In this document: piece after piece, positions 1 through 8,891 of the stretch | Layout: each line of letters begins with the position of its first letter | Position numbering within the stretch: position 1 is the stretch's first letter | From: Dehalococcoidia bacterium | GTDB lineage: Bacteria > Chloroflexota > Dehalococcoidia > Lucifugimonadales > UBA3495 | Direction: 5' to 3' | NCBI GenBank assembly: GCA_002724585.1 | Contig: PBPE01000040.1 | Coordinates: 20,857-64,487, forward strand | Length of the DNA: 43,631 nucleotides | The notes under the pieces: model-generated | What the model was told of the DNA's origin: nothing | Database searches by the model: none | What the model saw: only the letters and a program-made list of their open reading frames with translations | Translations under genes and position numbers: made by a program

Positions 1-543
1 CCCATTGCAGTTTTAGCGGGTGTGGAGCCGGTGGCTGCTGCGGGAGTATTAAGTACTTTAGCATTGGTTAGTGGTTTTACTAGATTTTTGACTCCCGTTA
101 TCGCCGAGAAGTGGGGCGCTAAAGAGACAATGGCCGTCATGTATGTACTCCAGGGTATTCCAATTTTAATGTTATTCTGGAGTCAAGACGTTTGGGCATT
201 TTATGCTTTTGCCGTTTTGTTTGGCATAGGTTATGGCGGAGAAGGGTCTGCATTTCCAATAATTAACAGGAGATATTTCGGAGAAGGTTCATTGGGTCGA
301 TCTTTCGGGTGGCAATTGTGTGGCGCGCAGATCGGTATGGCCACCGGTGGATGGATAGGTGGAATACTATTTACTATCTTTGGAAATTACATTATCACTA
401 TAGGTATCTCGGTTGGAGCAAGCCTACTGGGAGCTGTTGTGATCATGACTATGGATAATACGGACCGAGTGCTCATAGAAGAATGGGAACTTAACTTGCC
501 TCAGCACGCACGGTCAGAAGCGTACCTTTCGGGTGTCTCCTAG
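1..543 (+). CDS. MFS transporter, C-terminal part (5'-truncated by window edge)
   Basis: Frame is open from base 1; several hydrophobic helices; MFS-like LFGIGYGG and RRYFG...GRSFG motifs. Confidence 0.8.
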   Translation, partial: PIAVLAGVEPVAAAGVLSTLALVSGFTRFLTPVIAEKWGAKETMAVMYVLQGIPILMLFWSQDVWAFYAFAVLFGIGYGGEGSAFPIINRRYFGEGSLGRSFGWQLCGAQIGMATGGWIGGILFTIFGNYIITIGISVGASLLGAVVIMTMDNTDRVLIEEWELNLPQHARSEAYLSGVS

Positions 544-552
544 GCGTTATAT

Positions 553-1464
553 CTAAACTCCCCAATGTAATGCAACAGGTGAATGTTGCTCTGCTAGACT
601 CAATAGTCCTTTACGTATCTCGGCCGACAATGGAGGAACAGGATGTCTACAGACATCAGTTTTGATCACTCGTCCTTCTTTCATAATTGCTTTAGCAGCT
701 CTGAACCCGCATTGTTTATTTTCGTAATTTATTAAAGGTAGTATTTTATTGTATCTGTTTGCGGCTTCATCGCGATCTCCTGACAAATACGATGACACTA
801 TCGGCTTGATCAGATCGGGAATCATAGATGATGGCATGTTGCCGCTTGCCCCAGCATCAAGGTCTGCGATTAACGTTATTGCTTCTTCTCCGTCAAAAGG
901 TCCTTTTATGAACTTTCCTCCGCGCTCAATCAGTTGCCGTAATTTAGATGCGGCTTGTGGAGATTCTATCTTGAAACAGCTGACTTGATCGAGTTCCGTA
1001 GCCATCTTTAGTAATAAATCCACCGGTAGATCAATCCCAGATATTGGCGCATCTTGTACCATTATTGGTATTCCTACCTTTGACACTTCGGCAAATTGTT
1101 GAAATATTTGGTCAGGAGAGCCCCTTAGAGAGGATCCGTGATAAGGCGGCATCATCATCACCATTTCAGCTCCCAGAGATTGGGCTTCTTTTGCACGCCT
1201 TACTGTTATATCGGTCGAAAAGTGGCTTATGGTAACGATAGTAGGTATGCGCCCGTCAATGTGACGTAGGCATAGTTCAGTAAGAATTTTACGCTCTTCA
1301 TCTGATAACAGAAATTGTTCGGAGTAATTAGCTAGTATGCAAACTCCGTCCACTTTCTGGTCAACGATGCAATCCATAACTCTCTTCATATCGTCGAGAT
1401 CAATCAATCCCGATTCAGTAAATGGGGTTGGAGCTACCGGCCAAACGCCTTCATATTGTGACAT
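553..1464 (-). CDS. Dihydrodipicolinate synthase family protein, L-2-keto-3-deoxyarabinonate dehydratase (AraD)-like
   Basis: GVWPVAPTPF N-terminus, ANYSEQF, MVQDAP (Gln in place of the DapA Tyr), Schiff-base Lys in FKIE, DGEEAITL. Start moved to ATG at 1464 (MSQYEG). Confidence 0.8.
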   Translation of the reverse strand: MSQYEGVWPVAPTPFTESGLIDLDDMKRVMDCIVDQKVDGVCILANYSEQFLLSDEERKILTELCLRHIDGRIPTIVTISHFSTDITVRRAKEAQSLGAEMVMMMPPYHGSSLRGSPDQIFQQFAEVSKVGIPIMVQDAPISGIDLPVDLLLKMATELDQVSCFKIESPQAASKLRQLIERGGKFIKGPFDGEEAITLIADLDAGASGNMPSSMIPDLIKPIVSSYLSGDRDEAANRYNKILPLINYENKQCGFRAAKAIMKEGRVIKTDVCRHPVPPLSAEIRKGLLSLAEQHSPVALHWGV

Positions 1465-1614
1465 ATATAACCTATAGTAGTTCTGATATTCTTCATAAAA
1501 CCCTGCAAGGGGAACTATATCATTAAGCATGCGAGTGTGCTATTGCGGTATCATTAAAAATACAAAAAGGCATCCATCCTGATTTTCGGGTACATACTGG
1601 TCTACAAGGAATAT

Positions 1615-1905
1615 ATGAACAATAGTAAAAAAATATCAATATTTATTGCAGTTTTGGTGGTGTGGATAGCGAGCCTTTATATCGCTGCCCAGTTAGGTAT
1701 ATCTCAAGCCCTCGAAAAAGTTGAGAAGGATCAAATAATTGCAGAAACTCGCAAGTCTCTAGCGGTATGTGAAGATGCGTTGAAACGCAGGACGGGTTAC
1801 GAGGCCGGATTTATGAAAGGTGAATTCTTAAGGACCTCAGAAATGGTAGCTTGGGTGGCACAAAGTCTTGAAGAGGCAAAAAAGGATATAGAAAAATATT
1901 GTTGA
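1615..1905 (+). CDS. Hypothetical protein with N-terminal membrane anchor
   Basis: AAGGA RBS upstream; hydrophobic N-terminal helix then a helical soluble part; no recognisable family. Confidence 0.5.
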   Translation: MNNSKKISIFIAVLVVWIASLYIAAQLGISQALEKVEKDQIIAETRKSLAVCEDALKRRTGYEAGFMKGEFLRTSEMVAWVAQSLEEAKKDIEKYC

Positions 1906-1970
1906 ATGTTCCATCATAAGTACTCGGGTACATATTCCGGCGATTGGTATGGGAAGAGAGGTATACAAGC

Positions 1971-3002
1971 ATGAGAGCAATGGTTCTAAAAAATTTCAAT
2001 GAACCACTAGTAGAAGAATCAGTACCGGACCCAATATTCGATGAAGACGAAATAATAATCAAAGTACAAGCTAACGGTCTCTGCGCTACAGACTTGAAAA
2101 TCCAGACAGGAACGGTTCCAACAGTGTCCTTACCGCACGTTCAAGGACACGAAGTCTCGGGCGAAGTAGTATCTGTTGGGTCCAAAGTGCCGCATTTATC
2201 CTTTGGCGATCGAGTGACCGTATACCCAACCAGAAACTGTGGCTTTTGTAACTATTGTCGACTAGGTTTGGAAAATTATTGTTCTGATGCTCCACGGACT
2301 GGTTTTGAGGTGGATGGTGGATTTAGCGAATACATGAAAGTTCTAGGGCGTAACGCAGTCAAGATATCGACTGATGTCCCGGCGGAGTTGGCAGCGATAA
2401 TACCTGATGCTATGGCAACGGCATACCACTCCTTAGTGCAGAAAGCGAAAACACAGGTTGGCGAAACTGTAGCTGTTATAGGATTAGGTGGATTAGGTAT
2501 TCATACTGTACAACTCGCGTCTGTCATGGGAGCTCGGGTTATAGCTATTGATGTAATTCCTGAAAAAATTGCTGCCGCTCAAAATTATGGAGCTGACGAA
2601 GTGATTGATGCTTCTAATGAGGACACTATAACCCGTGTAATGGAATTGACGGGAGGCTTGGGAGCTGATGTAGTTGTAGAAGGTGTGGGCGGCGAAGTAG
2701 TTCCTAGAGTGTTACATGATTGCTTCAAGATACTGAGACTAGGGGGGAGATTGGTGGTAATGGGTTACGCGTATGGTAAAGACCTGACTATCGATACAGC
2801 AGATCTGATATATGGGCAATGGAACGTCATAGGTACTCGAGCATCGACCCTTCAAGATGTAGTTGAGACAGTAAAACTAGTAGAACAAGGTCTCTTGAAT
2901 CCGGTAGTATCCAAAACCTTCAATCTAGCGAATGTAAATGAGGCTTTGCAAATGTTGAAAGATTCTCCCCCTGTGGGGAGAATAGTCCTAACGCCTTTCT
3001 AG
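1971..3002 (+). CDS. Zinc-dependent alcohol dehydrogenase (MDR family)
   Basis: CATD, GHE, structural Zn motif CGFCNYC...C, GLGGLG Rossmann fold; GAGG RBS before MRAMVL at 1971. Confidence 0.9.
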   Translation: MRAMVLKNFNEPLVEESVPDPIFDEDEIIIKVQANGLCATDLKIQTGTVPTVSLPHVQGHEVSGEVVSVGSKVPHLSFGDRVTVYPTRNCGFCNYCRLGLENYCSDAPRTGFEVDGGFSEYMKVLGRNAVKISTDVPAELAAIIPDAMATAYHSLVQKAKTQVGETVAVIGLGGLGIHTVQLASVMGARVIAIDVIPEKIAAAQNYGADEVIDASNEDTITRVMELTGGLGADVVVEGVGGEVVPRVLHDCFKILRLGGRLVVMGYAYGKDLTIDTADLIYGQWNVIGTRASTLQDVVETVKLVEQGLLNPVVSKTFNLANVNEALQMLKDSPPVGRIVLTPF

Positions 3003-3048
3003 CTTGCCGCTTATAAATTTTATTATCCAGACAGGAGAATGTCTCTAA

Positions 3049-3966
3049 ATGCAAACTTTAACTCTCAGTACTGCGGTTGGTAATTATGGTCATACGCGGC
3101 CTCTTAAAGATGGATCAATAGTTTCATCCAGTTTTAAGTTAGACCATAAAGAAATTACCCCCGTGATTAGTATATTTCGCCGGATGGTTAGGGGACTAGA
3201 ATTTGATGTTTCGGAAATGGCCCTTTCCACGTATTTGTGCGCAAAGGCACATGGCAAACCGTTTACGGGCATACCCGTGTTTCTTACTCGTAGTTTTTAC
3301 CATTCAGGTCTGTTATATAACCGGAAGTCTGGTATTAAATCAGTTTCAGATCTATGTGGCAGACGTATCGGCGTTCGAGGATATACAGTCACTCCTGGAG
3401 TATGGACTAGAGCGATTTTGGAGACTGTATATGGAGTTGATTTGGATTCTGTGATATGGGTTTTGTCAGGAGATGAGCATGTAGCAGAGTATATTCCACC
3501 TCACAATGTGATAAGTTCTTCGAATAGTAATCTTATGGATATGCTAATTTCAGGAGAAATTGATGTGGCTATAGGTGCCGGAAAGTCGGATTCTCCTGAT
3601 ATACAACCTCTGTTTCATGATCCTGAGCAATACGATAGGGGATGGTTTGAGGACACAGGATTGTATCCAATAAGCCATATGTTAGTAATAAGGGATGAAA
3701 TCTTGCAATCCAATCCCGAGATCGCAGGGCAGTTGTTTGATTTATTCTCGAAAGCGAAGGACGACTATCTTTATTTTTTGAATAAGGGAGACGGATTGAG
3801 TTCTCAAGACCATGAAATGCTAAATTTTAAAGATATTGTTGGAGGGGATCCTATTTGTTATGGGATTGAAAGCTCTCGAGATACGTTAGAAGCCTTTATA
3901 GAATTTAACGTTAGACAAGGAGTGATATCTGAACCAGTTTCGGTAGATAGTCTGTTTGCGAAGTAG
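3049..3966 (+). CDS. 4,5-dihydroxyphthalate decarboxylase-like / periplasmic-binding-fold protein
   Basis: LSTAVGNYGHT, FDVSEMALSTYL, IPVFLTRSFYH, GRRIGVRGY and YPISHMLVIR match this family. Confidence 0.7.
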   Translation: MQTLTLSTAVGNYGHTRPLKDGSIVSSSFKLDHKEITPVISIFRRMVRGLEFDVSEMALSTYLCAKAHGKPFTGIPVFLTRSFYHSGLLYNRKSGIKSVSDLCGRRIGVRGYTVTPGVWTRAILETVYGVDLDSVIWVLSGDEHVAEYIPPHNVISSSNSNLMDMLISGEIDVAIGAGKSDSPDIQPLFHDPEQYDRGWFEDTGLYPISHMLVIRDEILQSNPEIAGQLFDLFSKAKDDYLYFLNKGDGLSSQDHEMLNFKDIVGGDPICYGIESSRDTLEAFIEFNVRQGVISEPVSVDSLFAK

Positions 3967-4022
3967 ACTAAGTGTCGAATGAAATTCAATCAGACTGGCT
4001 CAAATGTAGGGCAGTATAGCTA

Positions 4023-4427
4023 ATGTCTTGTAAGTATTCGATAATGATTGGGACTATTTTGGGAATGACGAGCGTGATAATGGGAGCTTTTGGCGCGCAT
4101 TATCTCGAATCCGTCTTGGATTCTTATGCTATCAATATCTTTGAAACAGGAGCGAGGTTTCAAATGTACCACTCTCTGCTGTTGATACTAATTGGATTGG
4201 TACAGCATAGTTGGCATTCGCGCTTGTTGATTCTTGCTACCATTTTTATCTCGGTAGGCATCCTAATATTTTCTGGCAGCTTGTATATTATTGCATTGTC
4301 TGGAATTAGTATTATCGGGGCAATCACGCCCGTTGGTGGAGTTAGTTTGATAATTGGCTGGGCGCTATTGGTTTTGTCATCCGCTCTCGTCATAAAGCGT
4401 AAGTCAATTGAAATACGAGATTCATAA
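4023..4427 (+). CDS. DUF423 (YgdD/TMEM256) membrane protein
   Basis: GAFGAH, FETGARFQMYH, IFSGSLY and GAITPVGG signature motifs. Confidence 0.9.
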   Translation: MSCKYSIMIGTILGMTSVIMGAFGAHYLESVLDSYAINIFETGARFQMYHSLLLILIGLVQHSWHSRLLILATIFISVGILIFSGSLYIIALSGISIIGAITPVGGVSLIIGWALLVLSSALVIKRKSIEIRDS

Positions 4428-4442
4428 TAAGAGGGGATATTC

Positions 4443-5261
4443 ATGTTAATAGTAGATTCACAGGTGCACATTTGGTCTCAGGGTCTGCCGGGTAATAAGG
4501 CGCATAGGCAAATCACGTCTTATTCTGTAGATGATTTGTTGTCTGAAATGGATGAAGGAGGAGTTAATGCGGCTGTGATACATCCCCCAGCTTGGGATCC
4601 GAACTCTAACAGTATTGCTATAGATGCTGCGGCACGATTTCCTTCGAGACTTTCTATACTTGGTAATTTTCCTCTTGATCAGGAGAGCAGTAAAGATCTA
4701 GTTGATAGCTGGAATAATCAGACAGGAATGCTTGGGTTGAGATTTTCCTTAAATCAACCTCACCAGAGCACTTGGCCCACAGATGGCACTATGGATTGGC
4801 TTTGGCCGGCAGCTGAGAGAGCTGGACTGCCAGTGGGTTTAGCCGCTGCAAGCTTTATGCCCGTAGTCGCTAGGGTGGCAGAGCAATATCCGAACCTTAA
4901 ATTGATCGTTGATCATATGGGGCGCGGTTCAGGTCTCGTAGACGACGCTGCATGGGAAAGTTTGCCCCAATTGTTAGATTTAGCTAAATTCCCTAATGTA
5001 GCTGTGAAAGCAAGCGGTGCTCCTAGTTATTCCAGTCAGCCATATCCATATGGAAACATACACGACCACCTTCATAGAATATATGATGCGTTTGGGCCTG
5101 ATAGGATGTTTTGGGGTACTGATATAACTCGTATGCCTTGTTCTTGGAAAGAGTGTATAAGCTTGTTTACTGAAGAATTATCGTGGTTAACGGAAAATGA
5201 CAAAGAGTTGATTATGGGTCGGGCTTTGTGTAAATGGATAGGATGGGACTTGGACATGTAG
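4443..5261 (+). CDS. Amidohydrolase_2 family protein (lactonase-like)
   Basis: IVDSQVHIW, LGLRF, VDHMG, VKASG, FGPDRMFWGTD. Confidence 0.85.
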   Translation: MLIVDSQVHIWSQGLPGNKAHRQITSYSVDDLLSEMDEGGVNAAVIHPPAWDPNSNSIAIDAAARFPSRLSILGNFPLDQESSKDLVDSWNNQTGMLGLRFSLNQPHQSTWPTDGTMDWLWPAAERAGLPVGLAAASFMPVVARVAEQYPNLKLIVDHMGRGSGLVDDAAWESLPQLLDLAKFPNVAVKASGAPSYSSQPYPYGNIHDHLHRIYDAFGPDRMFWGTDITRMPCSWKECISLFTEELSWLTENDKELIMGRALCKWIGWDLDM

Positions 5262-5318
5262 TGCCGCATGAGCTATATCAGACCCTGAAAGCAACTAGAT
5301 TATTATTTTATCAGTGAT

Positions 5319-6644
5319 CTAGTCGAGCTTATTTTCATATCTGTTTGAAGGAGTCGGAAGACCGAGATTACCTCTGAGAGTGTCGGATTGGTACGCTTCC
5401 CTAAATAATCCTCTTTTTTTCAGTTCTGGCAGAACTAAGTCGACAAAGTCATCAAATCCATCTGGTAATACCGCAGCATTTAGCATGTATCCGTCGCAAG
5501 CTGCCGTTTCAAACCATTCTTGCATAGTGTCTGCTACTTGGGTGGGTGTTCCAAAGAATGCTGGTTTGGGTGTTGTGGTTCTTAATGCTAGTTCTCTCAG
5601 GGTAAGCTTTTCTTCGCTGGCTAGTTTTTTTAAACGGTCTGTTGCACTTTCCCAACCATTTCTAGCGAAGTCACCTAATTCTGGGAATGGATCATCGAGG
5701 TCGTATGAGCTGAAATCCATATCGTTAAAGTATCTCCCAAGATAATTTACAGCGTCTTCTATATTGACCAAGTTAGTTATCTCTTGATACTTTGACTCGG
5801 CGATTATAGCTGTATTGCCAACCACTGGAGCACAACCAGGCAATATCAGAATGTCGTCCGTTCTTCGGCCATGGGAGAGCGCACGACCTTTGACGTCTTT
5901 GTAAAATTCTCTAGCATCTTCTATTGATGCTTGGCCAGTAAAGATCACATCAGCATGTTTCGAAGCAAATTCCTTGCCGGCTTCAGATGAACCAGCCTGT
6001 ATTAGCAATGGACGTCCCTGTCGTGATCTCGATATATTTAAAGGTCCCTGAACCGAATAATGCGTTCCAACATGGTTTAATCGGTGCATTTTTGATTGGT
6101 CAAAAAATACGCCCTCGTCTTTATTTCTTATAAACGCATCATCTTCCCATGAATCCCATAAACCTTTGGTGACTTCAAGGTATTCATCAGCTATCTCGTA
6201 ACGCAAATCGTGCTTTGGATGTTCAGGCTTGCTGTAATTAAGAGCAGAACCTTCTAATGGGGAAGTCACTATATTCCAGCCAGCTCTGCCATTACTGATA
6301 TGGTCTATGGATGCGAATTGCCTTGCTACTGTGAATGGCTCACTATAAGTGGTTGATAGTGTGGCAGCTAAGCCTATGTGACTGGTTTCTATGGACAGTG
6401 CTGCCAATAAGGTTAGAGGCTCGAATCGATTCAGAAAATTTGGGTGAGATTTTTCACTGATATAAAGTCCATCCCCAAAGAACACGAAATCCAGTAAAGC
6501 TTCTTCGGATTTGCGAGTTAGATTCTTGTAATATTCGAGACTGATAGCCCCGTCCGCAACTGCGTTAGGGTGTCTCCAAGACGCCATGTTGCTACCTGTT
6601 CCAGCTAGAAATGCTCCGATACGCATCATCTTGTTGCGAGTCAT
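5319..6644 (-). CDS. NtaA/DmoA/SnaA-type flavin-dependent monooxygenase, CmoJ (YtnJ/MoxC)-like
   Basis: WRHP, DGLYISEKSHPNFLNRFEP, GRAGWNIVTSPLEG, QAGSS, TLRGNLGL; closely resembles B. subtilis CmoJ as I recall it. Start placed at MTRNK. Confidence 0.85.
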   Translation of the reverse strand: MTRNKMMRIGAFLAGTGSNMASWRHPNAVADGAISLEYYKNLTRKSEEALLDFVFFGDGLYISEKSHPNFLNRFEPLTLLAALSIETSHIGLAATLSTTYSEPFTVARQFASIDHISNGRAGWNIVTSPLEGSALNYSKPEHPKHDLRYEIADEYLEVTKGLWDSWEDDAFIRNKDEGVFFDQSKMHRLNHVGTHYSVQGPLNISRSRQGRPLLIQAGSSEAGKEFASKHADVIFTGQASIEDAREFYKDVKGRALSHGRRTDDILILPGCAPVVGNTAIIAESKYQEITNLVNIEDAVNYLGRYFNDMDFSSYDLDDPFPELGDFARNGWESATDRLKKLASEEKLTLRELALRTTTPKPAFFGTPTQVADTMQEWFETAACDGYMLNAAVLPDGFDDFVDLVLPELKKRGLFREAYQSDTLRGNLGLPTPSNRYENKLD

Positions 6645-6670
6645 TACTTCACCAATATCAGATAGATTTG

Positions 6671-7684
6671 CTATGCCCAGCAAATTTCGCTGAGCAGCTC
6701 ATAAGACCTAAGACGGTTCTCGAAGTCGTTAATAGCTGTCACAGCGAATATCTCGTTTACGTTGTATAAATATCTAATCTCGTCTATCTTCTGCTTTACT
6801 GTCTTCTTTGAGCCGTGGATAACGCTTCCTGGTTGCAGTTCGTAGGTAAACTTTTCACCAGATTGTTTGCCTAAGTCCTCGGCAGATTCTATTGAGAACA
6901 CAGTGAACGTTCTTCCGCTTTCTAAGGTTACACGGACTATGACTATGTCTGAGGCGTAATCTTTAGCGGTCTTTTCCGAGTCGGCGACAATAATCGGCAG
7001 GGCCAACATCAGGTTCGGTTCCCTGACGGTGTCACGCTTGTAACAATCTGAGTAATTTTCTATCGCAGCTGCCATAATATCCCGATCATTATTTAAGAAC
7101 GCGGCGAACACATAAGGAAGTTCCATTTGTGCGGCCAGAACCGCGCTCGATACCGTGGTTCCTAGAAGAAACAGATCAGCTGGTACGTCAGGGATAGGTT
7201 TAGCTTGTATACCATACAGCGGATTGTCTGGGGGTATATTGTCGATTATAAATTGTTGCAAGGCAGTTAATTTCGCTTCAAAAGAATTTATCCCAGGCTC
7301 TTCTGACGTTTGAAGGGCTTTGGTTGTAATCGGTAGGCCTCCGGGCCCCCTGCCCACACCAAGGTCTACTCGACCTGGTGATATGGAAGATAGTAAGTTA
7401 AAATTTTCGGCTACTTTATAGGGGCTGTAATGTTGCAGCATCACACCACCAGAGCCTATCTTTATATGCTCGGTTTTGGCGAGTAAGTGGGACACCAATA
7501 CTTCTGGAGACGACCCCATATGTCTCGGAGAATTATGGTGCTCTGATACCCAAAATCTATGATAGCCCCAAGACTCGGCTTTTTGGGCTAACTCTATTGT
7601 ATGTGAGATAGCCTGTCTTCCAGATTCAAATTGATTGGCAGGACTTTGATCCAGAATATTTATTCTGAAATTCCCTTCTAACAT
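6671..7684 (-). CDS. Luciferase-like monooxygenase, CmoO (YtmO)/YhbW-like
   Basis: ILDQSP, GYHRFWVSEHHN, GSGGVMLQHYSPYKVAENF, GRVDLGVGRGPGG. Confidence 0.85.
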   Translation of the reverse strand: MLEGNFRINILDQSPANQFESGRQAISHTIELAQKAESWGYHRFWVSEHHNSPRHMGSSPEVLVSHLLAKTEHIKIGSGGVMLQHYSPYKVAENFNLLSSISPGRVDLGVGRGPGGLPITTKALQTSEEPGINSFEAKLTALQQFIIDNIPPDNPLYGIQAKPIPDVPADLFLLGTTVSSAVLAAQMELPYVFAAFLNNDRDIMAAAIENYSDCYKRDTVREPNLMLALPIIVADSEKTAKDYASDIVIVRVTLESGRTFTVFSIESAEDLGKQSGEKFTYELQPGSVIHGSKKTVKQKIDEIRYLYNVNEIFAVTAINDFENRLRSYELLSEICWA

Positions 7685-7812
7685 GGTGAAATATTAACAT
7701 CCGTACAAATTAAGTGCACTAAGTTACGCAACTATGAAATTAAATATGGAATTCTGCTATGGAAAGATGCTAATATTCGGGAATCCCTCAAAAGATTTGT
7801 GGAGTTAGTACT

Positions 7813-8883
7813 GTGTCGAATAATCTTATTACCGACGATATCAAGGCCCTTATTGGTAAGGACAGCGCACCTGAAACAAACCGCTTTGCTATTAGTGATG
7901 AAATGGCTTTCGATGTTGCTGATGCTATTGAAGACTTTAATCCGTTATATGTTGACCCCGAATATGCACGCAGCAGTAGATTTGGAACGTTGCTATGTCC
8001 TCCTTTGGCGACATGGAAAGATATAGGTCCTCCTATAGGTTACTTCGGTGCGGGCCAGGAATGGCATTTTGAAGTTCCATTGCCGTTTAATAGTTATGGA
8101 CTCAACGGTGGTAGTGATTGGCAATTTTTGCGCCCTTGTCCAGTGGGTACATGGATCACAAGAAGATTTAGAATGCTTGATATTTTTGAAAAACAGGGAC
8201 GTTCCGGTCCGTTAGTTTTCATAGTTCGAGAGGAAACGCAAACTGATCAATCTGGAAATATTATTAATAAAGCGAAGCGGGTAAGTATACATAGAGCTTT
8301 ACCTGAGGGTGATACACCAGACACTGTCGCATTGGCAAATGATACTCTGCAGGATGTCATTGTTGCCCCACCGAATCCTGAGGTTATTCTGCCTAAACCT
8401 GAACATAAATCGGAAAACCAGAAATATTTCGAAGATATATCTGTTGGTGATCAATTGGAAGAAGTTATTAAAGGTCCTATGACTACAACTCATTTGATTC
8501 GTTGGGCAGCGGCTAATGGTAATTATGCTCGCATTCATTGGGACCTCCCGTTCGCTCAATTACATCAGGGGCTCAAGAATGTCGTAGTTAATGGATCCTT
8601 GAAGAATCAATATCTCGGACAATTGTTGATTAAGTTTGCCGGAGAACAAGGATGGTTTAAACGGTTCTATGTTGAGCATAGAGGCATGGATTTTCCGGGA
8701 GACACCATAACCGCAGGCGGGATTGTTACAAAGACGTACGAATCTGGCGGTTACGGGTATGTTGAGTGTCAGGTTTCTCTTACGAATAATAGAGGAGAAA
8801 CCACTGCTTCTGGAAATGGTAAGGTAGTTCTGCCAAAAAGAGGCCAGTCTTTGCCTATTGAATGGGCTGTAGAAAATTGGTAG
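7813..8883 (+). CDS. Double-hotdog MaoC-like dehydratase (FAS1-like N-domain + MaoC domain)
   Basis: DFNPLY, LNGGSDWQFLRP and EKQGRSGPLVF in domain 1; YFEDISVGDQL, ARIHWD and FPGDTIT in domain 2. GTG start after GGAG. Confidence 0.8.
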   Translation: MSNNLITDDIKALIGKDSAPETNRFAISDEMAFDVADAIEDFNPLYVDPEYARSSRFGTLLCPPLATWKDIGPPIGYFGAGQEWHFEVPLPFNSYGLNGGSDWQFLRPCPVGTWITRRFRMLDIFEKQGRSGPLVFIVREETQTDQSGNIINKAKRVSIHRALPEGDTPDTVALANDTLQDVIVAPPNPEVILPKPEHKSENQKYFEDISVGDQLEEVIKGPMTTTHLIRWAAANGNYARIHWDLPFAQLHQGLKNVVVNGSLKNQYLGQLLIKFAGEQGWFKRFYVEHRGMDFPGDTITAGGIVTKTYESGGYGYVECQVSLTNNRGETTASGNGKVVLPKRGQSLPIEWAVENW

Positions 8884-8891
8884 CTTCTCAG

